NCBI GenBank assembly: GCA_040905565.1
Contig: JBBDRF010000078.1
Location: forward strand, 1 to 64,000
Source: Phycisphaeraceae bacterium
Lineage (GTDB): Bacteria; Planctomycetota; Phycisphaerae; Phycisphaerales; Zrk34
Length of the DNA: 64,000 nt
Direction: 5' to 3'
The notes under the pieces were generated by a model. The model was not told the origin of the DNA. It worked only from the letters and a program-made list of their open reading frames with translations, and did not search any database. Shown piece after piece: positions 31,305-41,383 of this stretch. Both the position numbers and the translations under genes were made by a program. Positions within the stretch are counted from its first letter, which is position 1; each line of letters opens with the position of its first letter.

Positions 31305-33770
31305 TTAATGGTTGAACATGAATTCTTTGCTGTTGAGCAGGGCCCAGAAGAGGTCCTCGAGCACCTCGCGGCGTTGCTCGGCGGGGACGTCTAGCTGGGG
31401 CAGAATGCTCTCGGTTTCCTGCTGCGTGGGGAAGCGGCCGAACGTTCTGAGATAGAGGTCCTCAAGAATCTCGGCGTTCGTCTTCTCCTGCTCGATGAGC
31501 TTCGGCACGACGCCGCCCTGCTGGAGTTTCTGGTGGATCGTGTCACCGTTGATCAGGTGGAGCGCCTGGGAGAGGTTCGGGTCGAGGGAGACTTCGCAGG
31601 AGCAGACGGTTTCGCGGGTGGCGCGGCCGAACGTTGTCAGGAAGAAGCTGGAGGTCGAGCCGTCGGCGATCTGCACCGCACGGGCGCCCTGTGGCAGGCC
31701 TCGGAACTTGTTGGTGCTCAGCGTTTCGGTGACCTGTGAGATCACGTCGTAAAGCACCTCGGCCCGCACGCGGCGTATGTAGGCGCGGGAGAAGTTGGTT
31801 TCGTCGGTGGCGTTTGTTTCGTTGATCTGGGTGGAACGCTGATAGGTTTCGGAGAGGGTGATATCGCGCACCATCCGCTTGAAGTCGTAGTCATATTCGA
31901 TGAAGCGGTCGCCGAGTGCCCGGAGCAACGCGGGGTTGACCGGCGGGTTGGAGACGCGGACATCGTCGACGGGATCGGTGATGCCCTGGCCGAAGAAATG
32001 GTCCCAGACGATGTTCGCGAGGTTGGTGGCGAAGTAGGGATTGTCTTCGGAGGCGATCCAGTCGGCGAGGACGGCTCGGCGGTCGCGGCCCTTGAGGTCG
32101 GGCGTTTCGCCGCCGAGGAACTTGGGCTGGACGACCTGGTTGTTGACGGGGTGACGCACTTCGCCGCCGCCGCGGTTGAAGACGACGGTGTCACGTGGAT
32201 CGCCGCCCTTCTTGCGGCCGATTTGCGTGAAGAAGGCGGCGAAGCCGTAGTAGTCGTTCATCGTCCAGCGATCGAACGGATGGTTGTGGCACTGGGCACA
32301 CTGCACCCGCATGCCCATGAAAACCTGCGCGACGTTCTCGGTCAGCGGCAGGTTTTCGCGTTCAACCTGATAAAAATTTGTTGCGGGGTTCTCGAAGGTT
32401 GAACCGTTGCTGGCAATCAGCTCCTGCACGACCTCGTCCATCGGCACTTCGTTCGCCAGACGCTCGGAGAGCCAGTTGTAATACAGCAGGGAGGCTTTGT
32501 AGCTGATGCCCTGATTGGGGTCTGTCGAGCGAATCTGCAGCAGCTCGGCGAACTTCATCACCCAGACTTCGACGAACTCTTTGCGGTTGAGCAGATCATC
32601 GACCAGCTTCTCGCGTTTGTTCGGATCCTCGTCAGCGAGGAAAGCACGCACCTCCTCGGGCTCGGGGACCATGCCCACGATGTCCAGGTACACCCGGCGG
32701 AGGAAGACTTCGTCGCTGGCGCGCTCGGATGGCAGCACGCGAAGCTTCTGCAGCTTGGCGTGAATGAGTTCATCGATGTAGTTGGCTTCGGGGGCGTCCG
32801 ACCATTCGAAGTCGAGATTATCCGGCAGGATGATGACCTGGCTGGTGACGGTATGGGCGTCGAACCGGGCGAGGATGAACGCTTCGCCACGCTTTTTGGC
32901 GGAGACGAGGCCTTGCTCATCGACGTCCGCGGAGGCGTCGTTGTTGGACATGAAAACGGTGAGGGGGGTGACATCGCGCGTGGTGCCGTCGGAGTAGTGC
33001 GCGAGGACGCTCATCTGCTGCGTGGCAGCTTCGCCTTCGAGCACCAGCTGCTCGGGCATGAGCTGAATGTCGACCACCTCAGCGACGTCGGGCGAATCGT
33101 TGGGCGCACCGTTTTCGAGCCAGCGGATAAGCGTGTCGTAAAGTTCGCTGTCTTCGGTGAACAGTTCGCCGCCGGTGTGCGTGACGTCGCCGAGCGCCTT
33201 CTGGATGATGAGCGCGTCGTGGGGCGACGCGAGGTTGATGCGGCGGCCGGGCTGTTCACGCGTGATGCGGAAGTGGTCGCCGTCGGGGTCGAAGCCGAAC
33301 AGGGAAAGCTGAAATCCGTCGCGCCCGCGGGCCGACCCGTGACAGTCGCCGGTATTGCAGCCGGCCTTGGCGAGCACGGGAAGCACGTCCAGCCTGAAGC
33401 TGACGGGCCGATCGACCGCAGCTTCGGTGACCTTCACCGGCACTTCGATCTCGTGGCCTTCGAAGGTGACGGTCAGCGTGGTTTCGCCATCCGCAGCCGG
33501 GTAGAAGGTGTTGCGGTCACGTTCGAGAAGCGACCCGTCGGCGAGTTTGAACTCGGCGGCAGCGGTCACATCGCGCGTCACCTCGTCGCTATACACAGCC
33601 TGGACGACGAGGGTCTGGCGGTCGCGCAGCGTTGTCAGCTCGATCTGCGGGGGGAACACGCCCACCCGCTCCACGGTCTTGCCCTCGGCGCTCGCGGCGG
33701 AGGCCATGGCGAGCAGCGTAAGGATGCAGACGACGCTTGAGGCGATGGTTTGAAACGGTCTACAGTGCAT
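31305..33770 (-). CDS. DUF1549/DUF1553 protein with Ig-like domains
   Basis: GCNTGDCHG, FLRRVYLD, CAQCHNHPF, NPYFA and QALHLING motifs. Confidence 0.9.
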   Translation of the reverse strand: MHCRPFQTIASSVVCILTLLAMASAASAEGKTVERVGVFPPQIELTTLRDRQTLVVQAVYSDEVTRDVTAAAEFKLADGSLLERDRNTFYPAADGETTLTVTFEGHEIEVPVKVTEAAVDRPVSFRLDVLPVLAKAGCNTGDCHGSARGRDGFQLSLFGFDPDGDHFRITREQPGRRINLASPHDALIIQKALGDVTHTGGELFTEDSELYDTLIRWLENGAPNDSPDVAEVVDIQLMPEQLVLEGEAATQQMSVLAHYSDGTTRDVTPLTVFMSNNDASADVDEQGLVSAKKRGEAFILARFDAHTVTSQVIILPDNLDFEWSDAPEANYIDELIHAKLQKLRVLPSERASDEVFLRRVYLDIVGMVPEPEEVRAFLADEDPNKREKLVDDLLNRKEFVEVWVMKFAELLQIRSTDPNQGISYKASLLYYNWLSERLANEVPMDEVVQELIASNGSTFENPATNFYQVERENLPLTENVAQVFMGMRVQCAQCHNHPFDRWTMNDYYGFAAFFTQIGRKKGGDPRDTVVFNRGGGEVRHPVNNQVVQPKFLGGETPDLKGRDRRAVLADWIASEDNPYFATNLANIVWDHFFGQGITDPVDDVRVSNPPVNPALLRALGDRFIEYDYDFKRMVRDITLSETYQRSTQINETNATDETNFSRAYIRRVRAEVLYDVISQVTETLSTNKFRGLPQGARAVQIADGSTSSFFLTTFGRATRETVCSCEVSLDPNLSQALHLINGDTIHQKLQQGGVVPKLIEQEKTNAEILEDLYLRTFGRFPTQQETESILPQLDVPAEQRREVLEDLFWALLNSKEFMFNH

Positions 33771-33819
33771 GGCACGTTTCCTGATTGACGGTAGCTGGAT
33801 CGGCAGCCGCGGCTGACTT

Positions 33820-36297
33820 TTATTTGTTTTCACGTTCCTCAGCGAGCTCTTTGCGGAGCTGTTCGAGGCGGGTGAGCGGGCGCGGCTTCTCTTCCGGCTC
33901 GGGCTCTGGCTCGGGTTCGGGTTCCGGCTCGGCTTCGGGCTCGGGCTCCGGCTCGGGTTCAGGCTCGCGCGGCTTGTCGACACGGAGGACCCCGCCGCCG
34001 GCGAAGGTGTGTTTCATCACTTCGCCTTCGGCTTCCTGGCTGAACTCGACGAAGAGCGAGCGGTGCTGGCCGAGCGGCGTTTTTTCGTTGGTGGTGATCT
34101 CGAAGATGACTTCTTCGGTGTCGGCGGTGATGGTGACCGGCTCGGCGGAGGTTTCGGGGGGCAGGCCGCTGAGCGTAAGGGTGGCTTCGCCTTCGAAGGC
34201 CTGCTTGCCGAAGAGGCTCACGGGCATGCGGGCGGAATCGCCTTGTTCGATGGCGGTAAGCTGAATCTCGCCGCCGAGGCGGGAGGGCTCGATGCGGATG
34301 TTCGCCAGTTGTGAGCCGACGAACAGCGGCCCGCCGTCGACCCCCGCCCAGCCAAGCACCGCGATTTTGTATTCACCGGCGCGGGCATTGCCGGCTGCGT
34401 TGACGGGGTAGGCGACCTCGTTCTGACCTTCGGGAATGTTGATGGTGGCGCGTGCGTTGAAGCCCGGCGGGCGGTACTCGATCGCCAGCGTGATCGGGGC
34501 GGTGAACCCTTCGGCACGATCGGCGACGACGCGTAAGGCCATCGGCCCATCCTGCAGGAGCGGCACCTTCGGTTCGATGATGCGGATGCTGAAGGGGGCC
34601 TTCTCCGTCACGACGATCGGCATCTCGGCGATCGGCGTCGCGTGGAACGTGCCGAGGTTATTCTGATGCACCGCGTTGATCTGCTGGACGTAGGAGCCGA
34701 CGATATCCTTCCGCTCCACGTGGCGGGCGAGGATTCGGCCCATGCGACCGCCGACTTCCGCGTCTTCCGCCGCTTCGAAGACGACGGCGGCTTCGTTGAT
34801 GCCCTGCGGGACGACTTCGGCGTGCATCGTGACGCCTTCGGGCAGGTCTTCAGAGTAGAGTTCGATATCGCCGCCGATGTTGTTGCGGTTGATGCGGAAG
34901 CGGTAGGTCCATCGGTTGCCTTGCGGCACGGCGATCCACTGGCGACCCTGCGTGTCGTTGCGGCCGATGTCGGGGATGTTCAGCGAGAGGCTGGGCGTGG
35001 GGGGCGCGATTTCCAGGCGGTAAGCGAACTGCGGCCCGCCGCGCCTGAGGTGATCCCAGACACGAACATAGTATTCGCCGTCTTCGGGGGGCGTGAACTG
35101 AACGAAGCTGTCCAGCGAGCCGCGGTTGTCGTCGTTGGCTTCGAGTTGACCACCATCGGCTTTGTGAACGGCGATGACGGTGTCGATCGGCGAGCCGAGC
35201 TCACGGGCGTAGCTATTCACTTCCAGCCGTTGGCCTTTCTTCGCGTTGAAGCGGAACCAGTGGGTCTGGCCCTCTTCGGCGATGATGCCGTCGACGGCGA
35301 AGGGCGGCATGGGTTCGATGGCCTGGGCATCGCCGCGGCTGAGGGGGGCGCCCTCGGCTGTGACGGCGGGCATGTCCGACACACGCATGAAATTAGGTGT
35401 GGGGGCGAAGCCGCCTTCCTGCTCGGTGTAAACGTTCAGGCGGTTGGTCACGGTCTCGGGAAGTGTGAGCGTTTGCGTGATGGTGCCGGCTTCGTCGCCG
35501 AGCATCGTCACCTCAAGCTGCTCACCGGGTTTGCCGCCGAGGGGGAAGGCGACGAGGGGTCGGGGAAAGTCGCCCACGTTCAGGCGGTAGTGGCTGTTGC
35601 CGTTGCCGCCGTAGGCGCTCTCGCGGATTTCGATGAGGTAGTTGCCGTCTTCGGGGGCGATGACCGAGGCCACGCCGTCCTGCCCGCTGAAGGCCGTGCC
35701 GTCGGACGCGGCAAGTGTGAAGCGATCCATGTCGAGAATGGCGATGTAAGGGTCGAAGATGAGCCGGCCAAGGCGCATGGCCTGAACTTCAGCGACGATG
35801 CGCTGGCCCTTTTTCGCTTCGAAGATGTAGTAGTCGACGTCCTCGTTGGTGGCGACGCCGTGCACCGTGGTGTTCATCTCGATCGGCTGGGCTTCTTCGA
35901 TGAGGTTGTTCGGTTCGGCCTCATCGGCGACGGGGAGTGCCCCGACCTGAAGGAGTTGGAGGTTGGTGACGCCTCGGGGCGTGCGAAGGCGGAGGCGGTG
36001 CTCACCGAGCTGGGCGTCCGGGGCGACGCGGAGGTTAAGGCGGACGTGGTTGTCGTTAACCTTCTCGAAGGAGAGGGCTTCGATGCCGGCGTCATGGCTG
36101 AGCAGTTGGGCTGCATCGCCGACGCGGGGGCCGTGGAAGTTGACGGTGGTTTCGGTGCCGCGCTGCACGCCGACCGGCTGAATGTTCTGCAGTTCCGGGG
36201 AGTTGGCGAGCGCCGGCGCGGCGGCGAAGACCAACAGGAATGCGAAGGAGCACGCAGCGGCAAAGCGCACGACGGGATCAGGTCGGCTTGACGTCAT
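33820..36297 (-). CDS. Secreted PPC (pre-peptidase C-terminal) domain protein
   Basis: E.EPNN, DVDYY.F.AKKGQ and DTVIAV repeats; signal peptide. Confidence 0.8.
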   Translation of the reverse strand: MTSSRPDPVVRFAAACSFAFLLVFAAAPALANSPELQNIQPVGVQRGTETTVNFHGPRVGDAAQLLSHDAGIEALSFEKVNDNHVRLNLRVAPDAQLGEHRLRLRTPRGVTNLQLLQVGALPVADEAEPNNLIEEAQPIEMNTTVHGVATNEDVDYYIFEAKKGQRIVAEVQAMRLGRLIFDPYIAILDMDRFTLAASDGTAFSGQDGVASVIAPEDGNYLIEIRESAYGGNGNSHYRLNVGDFPRPLVAFPLGGKPGEQLEVTMLGDEAGTITQTLTLPETVTNRLNVYTEQEGGFAPTPNFMRVSDMPAVTAEGAPLSRGDAQAIEPMPPFAVDGIIAEEGQTHWFRFNAKKGQRLEVNSYARELGSPIDTVIAVHKADGGQLEANDDNRGSLDSFVQFTPPEDGEYYVRVWDHLRRGGPQFAYRLEIAPPTPSLSLNIPDIGRNDTQGRQWIAVPQGNRWTYRFRINRNNIGGDIELYSEDLPEGVTMHAEVVPQGINEAAVVFEAAEDAEVGGRMGRILARHVERKDIVGSYVQQINAVHQNNLGTFHATPIAEMPIVVTEKAPFSIRIIEPKVPLLQDGPMALRVVADRAEGFTAPITLAIEYRPPGFNARATINIPEGQNEVAYPVNAAGNARAGEYKIAVLGWAGVDGGPLFVGSQLANIRIEPSRLGGEIQLTAIEQGDSARMPVSLFGKQAFEGEATLTLSGLPPETSAEPVTITADTEEVIFEITTNEKTPLGQHRSLFVEFSQEAEGEVMKHTFAGGGVLRVDKPREPEPEPEPEPEAEPEPEPEPEPEPEEKPRPLTRLEQLRKELAEERENK
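33892..33966 (-). repeat. Hexanucleotide tandem repeat encoding an (EP)n linker
   Basis: EPEPEPEPEPEAEPEPEPEPEPEPE near the C-terminus of the PPC protein. Confidence 0.85.
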
Positions 36298-36334
36298 GAT
36301 GGATAGGCCCCAAAGGCGTTGCTTGTCGAATCGA

Positions 36335-37666
36335 TCAGGCGAGCAGGTCGCGAACGGCGCGGCCGCCGGCGACGATCTCGATGGGCCGATCGCCCGGCGC
36401 CATCAGCGTCTTTTCGTGCTCAATGCCCATCAGTTCATAGATGGTGGCGGCCCAGTCGGGCACGCTCACGGCGTCGTCCTGCACGTGGGTGCTGGTGGTA
36501 TCGCTGCGGCCGTGGACGTAGCCACGCTTGACGCCGCCGCCCGCCATGGCAATGGAGAAGACGCCGGGCCAGTGGTCGCGGCCGGCGGTGTTGTTGATGC
36601 GGGGCGTGCGGCCGAATTCAGTCGTCACCATCACCAGCGTGTCATCAAGCATGCCTCGGCGATCGAGGTCGTTGATGAGGGCGGCGAAGCCCTGGTCGGT
36701 TGGGCCGATGAGGTTTTTATGGCCGCCGTCGATGTTGTCGTGGTGGTCCCAGCCGCCGTAGACCATGGTGACGAAGCGAACGCCGGCTTCGACGAGGCGT
36801 CGGCTCATGAGCATCCGCATGCCCGCCTGGTTTTCGCCGTATTCTTTGCGAAGTTCTGCGGGCTCGGCACTGATGTCGAACGCTTCGCGGGCCTCCTTGG
36901 ACGAGAGCATCGCGTAAGCCTGCTGATAGAACGAGTCCATCGCTTCGAGTTTGTCGGATTTCTCCAGCGTGCTGAAGTGCTTGTCGACGGCGGAGAGCAT
37001 GGATTGCCGACGGCTGAAGCGTGTTTCGTCGACGCCGCTGGGCAGCGAGAGATCGCGGACGCGGAAGTTGGCGTTGGCGGGATCGGCACCGAGGCCGAAG
37101 GGCCCGAAGCGGGAGCTGAGGTAGCCGCTGCCGGCTGTGTCGACGCTGGGGTTGGGCACAAACATGTAAGGCGGCAGGTTGTTACGCGGGCCCATCTCGT
37201 GGGCGACGACCGAGCCCATGGAGGGGTACGCAAGGGCGGGGCTGGGGCGGTAGCCCGTCATCATGTTGTGCACGCCACGTTCGTGGGCGGCTTCGCCGTG
37301 GCTCATGGAGCGGATGACGCTGATTTTGTCGGCGATCTGTGCGGTGCGCGGCATGTGCTCGCTGAAGCGTTCGCCGGGAATTTTGGTGGCGATGTGGCCG
37401 AAGGGGCCGCGGTATTCTTCGGGCGCGTAGAGCTTGGGATCGAACGTCTCCTGCGCCGACGCACCGCCGGGGAGGAAGATGTTGATCACGCTCTTGGCGC
37501 GGCCTTCTTTGACGGTGTCGGCTTTGGCGGTCGACTGCAGGCGCAGTGCGTCGCCGAGGTGAAGCCCGAGCCCGCCGAGCATGCCGACGTAAAGAAAGTC
37601 CCGCCGGTTGGGGCGACGGAAATGCGATGGATCGTCCAACCACGTGCCGCGGATGCCTTCGCTCAT
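36335..37666 (-). CDS. DUF1501 domain protein (Tat signal)
   Basis: RRDFL, GGASAQETFDPK, RRLVEAGVRFV, WDHH, EFGRTP and GRDHW motifs. Confidence 0.93.
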   Translation of the reverse strand: MSEGIRGTWLDDPSHFRRPNRRDFLYVGMLGGLGLHLGDALRLQSTAKADTVKEGRAKSVINIFLPGGASAQETFDPKLYAPEEYRGPFGHIATKIPGERFSEHMPRTAQIADKISVIRSMSHGEAAHERGVHNMMTGYRPSPALAYPSMGSVVAHEMGPRNNLPPYMFVPNPSVDTAGSGYLSSRFGPFGLGADPANANFRVRDLSLPSGVDETRFSRRQSMLSAVDKHFSTLEKSDKLEAMDSFYQQAYAMLSSKEAREAFDISAEPAELRKEYGENQAGMRMLMSRRLVEAGVRFVTMVYGGWDHHDNIDGGHKNLIGPTDQGFAALINDLDRRGMLDDTLVMVTTEFGRTPRINNTAGRDHWPGVFSIAMAGGGVKRGYVHGRSDTTSTHVQDDAVSVPDWAATIYELMGIEHEKTLMAPGDRPIEIVAGGRAVRDLLA

Positions 37667-37768
37667 GTCTTCGGTCCTTGCGTTGTTGGGTATCGTCCTG
37701 GAGCCGATCGTCCCCGATCCGGTCCGTGACAGTGCCTGGCGGGAGGAGTCATTGATTGACTTATAAGT

Positions 37769-37797
37769 ATTCTAGCCCGAGTTGATGCCACGATCAA
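37769..37797 (-). promoter_or_regulatory. Sigma70 promoter of the DUF1501 operon
   Basis: On -: TTGATC-17 nt-TAGAAT; GTTGAT/ATCAAC inverted repeat over the -35. Confidence 0.65.
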
Positions 37798-37934
37798 CAG
37801 TTATTTTCCGAACGTCATATCAAACGCGGGGGGAGCACGTTCCATCGGAGCAAGATCGGCTTTTGGGGGGTGGGGCTTAAAGCAGGGGGGCCGGTCGGAC
37901 GATGAGAATACTGCTGAGCATCAGGAGAACAGCT

Positions 37935-38123
37935 ATGGCAGCCGGACCCATCATTCGTATCATGTGCCCCAACCTCAAGTGCCGACGGGTGCTCGGCGTG
38001 CCCACCACGGCGCGCGGCAAGAACGTGCGCTGCGGGACCTGCGGCACCCACGTCCGGATCCCCGCTCCCAAACAGCCCGCGCCGCGCCCCGCGGAACCGG
38101 CCTCGGAATCCGAAAAGGCCTGA
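37935..38123 (+). CDS. Small zinc-ribbon protein
   Basis: CPNLKC...CGTC; AGGAGA SD. Confidence 0.75.
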   Translation: MAAGPIIRIMCPNLKCRRVLGVPTTARGKNVRCGTCGTHVRIPAPKQPAPRPAEPASESEKA

Positions 38124-38127
38124 GCGA

Positions 38128-39054
38128 TCACGCCGGCGAGGCCACGCCTTCCATGATCTGCTGCATGATCCGGGCGGTGGTCAGCGGTGAGCCATCGTGC
38201 ATGGCCGACTTGGCCACCACGCGATGGGAAAACACCGGCACCACGTTCGTCAGAATGTCGTCGGGCACCACGTAATCGCGGTGATTGAGCATGGCTGTCG
38301 CACGCGCCACCTGCGCCAGGGCCAGTGTGCCTCGCGGGGAAACGCCGACTTCCAGTTGATCGCTCTCGCGCGTCATCGTGGCCAGTTGAATCACGTAGTC
38401 GACGATCGTCTTGTCCATCTTCACAGCGTTGACCTTCTGCTGAAGGTCGATCACGTCCTCGCGCGAGATCACGGGACGAAGATCCGCCAGGGCACCGAGC
38501 GACGGCTGCTGCGTGAGGATGCGTGCTTCGTCGGCTGGGTCGGGGTAGCCGAGGTGGATGCGCATCAGAAAGCGATCGAGCTGACTTTCGGGTAGAAAGT
38601 ACGTGCCTTCGAACTCGAAGGGGTTTTGCGTCGCCACGACCATGAAGGGCGGATCAAGTTTTCGCGTGATGCCATCGACGGAGACCTGCGCTTCGTTCAT
38701 CGCTTCGAGCAGAGCGCTTTGCGTGCGAGGCGTGGCGCGATTGATCTCGTCGGCGAGCAGGATGTTCGTGAAAATGGGGCCGGGCTTGAAGACGAAATTT
38801 TCGTTCTCCTGCGAATAGACCGTCACCCCGATGACGTCGGCAGGCAGCATGTCGGGCGTAAGCTGCAGGCGGGCGAAGTTGCACTCGACGCTGCGCGCCA
38901 GCGTCTGGGCGAGGACGGTCTTGCCGACGCCGGGCACGTCTTCGATGAGGATGTGGCCGCGCGCGAGCAGGCATACCAGCACCCGGTCGACAGCTTCGGG
39001 GTTGCCCATGTAGACGCTGGTGATGTTGTCGCGAAGTCGTGCGAGTCGTTCCAT
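38128..39054 (-). CDS. MoxR family AAA+ ATPase
   Basis: EDVPGVGKT, LADEINRA.P.TQSALLE and ATQNP motifs. Confidence 0.95.
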   Translation of the reverse strand: MERLARLRDNITSVYMGNPEAVDRVLVCLLARGHILIEDVPGVGKTVLAQTLARSVECNFARLQLTPDMLPADVIGVTVYSQENENFVFKPGPIFTNILLADEINRATPRTQSALLEAMNEAQVSVDGITRKLDPPFMVVATQNPFEFEGTYFLPESQLDRFLMRIHLGYPDPADEARILTQQPSLGALADLRPVISREDVIDLQQKVNAVKMDKTIVDYVIQLATMTRESDQLEVGVSPRGTLALAQVARATAMLNHRDYVVPDDILTNVVPVFSHRVVAKSAMHDGSPLTTARIMQQIMEGVASPA

Positions 39055-39224
39055 CAAAAAACACTCCAGAAACAAGCGTCACGAGTATATCAGGCCGACC
39101 CGCGCTTCGCCGCCTGGTGACGTGATCTGGAGTCGGACGGCCCGGGCTGGGGACAGCCCGGCTCTGTGTGGAACCCATGCGGACAAGGAGGCGGCTTGTC
39201 CTCAAGCCGGTCGTGCCGGGATCG

Positions 39225-40331
39225 TTACTGCTTGAGGATCTGCTCGTAGAAGTCTTCATAGAGCGGGAGAATCTTGTCGCGGCAGAAGGTACGGCGGGCG
39301 TGGGAGACGGCGGCTTCGCTCATTGCGGCCCATTGCTCCGCATCGCCGAGCACATCAAGGGACGCCTGGGCGATCTTCTCAATGTCGCCCACGGGGCTCA
39401 GCCGACCGGTGACACGATCCCGCACCACTTCAGGCAACCCGCCTGCATCGGAGACCACCGCCGGCACGCCGCAGGCCTGCGCTTCGAGGGCGGAGAGGCC
39501 GAACGATTCGTAGTCGCTGAGCAGGAGGAACAGATGGCTGGAGCGGTAGAGGTCCTCGACTGCGGTTTGGGGCCCGACGAAACGCACGCGATCACAGATG
39601 CCCAGTTCGCCGGCGAGTTCTTCCGCCAGCCCGCGCTCCGGGCCGTCGCCCACCATCACCAGCCTTGCGGGAATCTGACGCTGAATGCGCTCGAACACGC
39701 GGATGATGTCGACGACGCGTTTGACCGGTCGAAAGTTGCTGGCGTGCAGAACCTGAAATTCACCGTCCTCAGGCCAGCCGGCACGGCCGCGGGGACCGAA
39801 ACGGTCGCAATCAACAAAGTTCGGCAGCACCACAGGCGGTTCGGGCAGATCAAACTCCTTCATCGTCTGATCCAGAAGCCACTGCGACACGGTCGTAAGC
39901 CCATCGCACTGAACCATCGCATGGCGACACACGCGGTAAAAATCACGATGCGAGCCGACGAGCGTAATGTCCGTGCCGTGCAGCGTCGTCACCACGCGCA
40001 CCGGGTGCGGCTGTACGGCCTGGGCGGCAAGGATGGCGGCAATCGCATGAGGCACCGCATAGTGGGCATGCACAATTTGAATGTCGTGGGCCACGATGGC
40101 CTCGGCGATCTCGTTGGCGAGGCAAAGGTCGTGCGGGGGATACTTGAACAGCGGGTAGTTCGTCACGTTCACCGGATGAAAGTGCACGTCGCGATTGTCG
40201 CCGAGGCGGAACGGCCGTTCGACCGCGGCCATATGCATGTCGTGACCGCGCGAAGCAAGGCCCATCGCCAGCTCCGTGGCAACGACGCCGCTACCGCCCT
40301 GAGTGGGATGACAGGAAATAAGGATACGCAT
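39225..40331 (-). CDS. bshA: N-acetyl-alpha-D-glucosaminyl L-malate synthase
   Basis: [46 protein letters not shown] and ESFGL motifs. Confidence 0.9.
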   Translation of the reverse strand: MRILISCHPTQGGSGVVATELAMGLASRGHDMHMAAVERPFRLGDNRDVHFHPVNVTNYPLFKYPPHDLCLANEIAEAIVAHDIQIVHAHYAVPHAIAAILAAQAVQPHPVRVVTTLHGTDITLVGSHRDFYRVCRHAMVQCDGLTTVSQWLLDQTMKEFDLPEPPVVLPNFVDCDRFGPRGRAGWPEDGEFQVLHASNFRPVKRVVDIIRVFERIQRQIPARLVMVGDGPERGLAEELAGELGICDRVRFVGPQTAVEDLYRSSHLFLLLSDYESFGLSALEAQACGVPAVVSDAGGLPEVVRDRVTGRLSPVGDIEKIAQASLDVLGDAEQWAAMSEAAVSHARRTFCRDKILPLYEDFYEQILKQ

Positions 40332-40378
40332 GGGGGGATCTCGAAGATGAAGCGGGGGACGGGAAGCTAGCACTTTTC

Positions 40379-41335
40379 TCAAAAGGGGATGTCGTCTTCC
40401 ATGTAGGACGGCGTAGCCTGTTGCAGTTCGTACTTATCAACCCAGCCGTCATCCCAATCGTCTGGCATAATGATCCTCAGTTTTCCATCCTCCTCAAAAA
40501 TGGCAGCTGAGACTCTTATGCCATAGCCAGCCTTCTGGTTGTACCACTCGTGTGGAGGGCTATGGCTGTTATACGTAAATCCCCGAACTGACAATAGCGT
40601 CTCGAGCTCTTGGAAAGTGTGGAAGACAACTCTATAGGGGACGTTTGCGGCAGTTCTGATCGCACCGAAAGCCGGATGGCTTGAGAGGAGTATATCTTTG
40701 ATCGCCTCATCACCTTTTGTCCGCTGTTCCGTAAGGAACGTGACCAAATGATTCAAGGTCTCAGCCGTCGCTTTCATGCTGGCAACGATATTAATTTCCT
40801 TTTGTCGGCCGCTCTCTTGGAGGAGGCGCTGAAACAGACCAGCCCACTGCTCCCGCAAAAATCGCACGATATCCTCGGATGTCTCGAACGCTTCGATGGG
40901 ATTACCGGCAGGGAGGGCTGTGATTTCGTCCAGAAACTCATATACCCGAGCGTCTGTCACGGCGACTGGTGTGAAACCTTTGACATCTTTGTTTTTTCGG
41001 TACGTTCGGTATTCACTGTGGACGTATTTCTCCACGAAAACGTATATCTGTTTGCCTAGCTCAATCGCGGTCTTGAGCTCTCGCTGTGTGATTGAGTGTT
41101 TTTGATCTTGTGACTGTGTCCCGTATTTGCCGCCGATGATTGCAATGAGGATGTCGCACGTCGAAATCTCTCGATAACAATATTCCTCGAGAGCATCTTC
41201 GTTGCCATAGGGAATGTGGCCGCTCTCAAAGAGGACAGGTTCGTATCCGTTCTCTTTGATAAACCTTTCGAGGTCAGCGCGCACGACTCGTAGGTCGAAA
41301 TATGTTGAGCTCACAAAGATTCGTGGTTTGGCCAT
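40379..41335 (-). CDS. DUF4062 domain protein with SSB-like C-terminal tip
   Basis: RIFVSSTYFDL...R, CDILIAIIGGKYG and SITQRE motifs; ends YMEDDIPF; visibly lower GC. Confidence 0.85.
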   Translation of the reverse strand: MAKPRIFVSSTYFDLRVVRADLERFIKENGYEPVLFESGHIPYGNEDALEEYCYREISTCDILIAIIGGKYGTQSQDQKHSITQRELKTAIELGKQIYVFVEKYVHSEYRTYRKNKDVKGFTPVAVTDARVYEFLDEITALPAGNPIEAFETSEDIVRFLREQWAGLFQRLLQESGRQKEINIVASMKATAETLNHLVTFLTEQRTKGDEAIKDILLSSHPAFGAIRTAANVPYRVVFHTFQELETLLSVRGFTYNSHSPPHEWYNQKAGYGIRVSAAIFEEDGKLRIIMPDDWDDGWVDKYELQQATPSYMEDDIPF

Positions 41336-41383
41336 GGACAACCCTTTTCAATGGATAGATGCCAGTGTAGACGCGATTGACCC

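Noticed and set aside
40332..41383. Mobile-element boundaries around the DUF4062 gene
   Set aside because: No terminal inverted repeats, target duplication, att site or recombinase is visible
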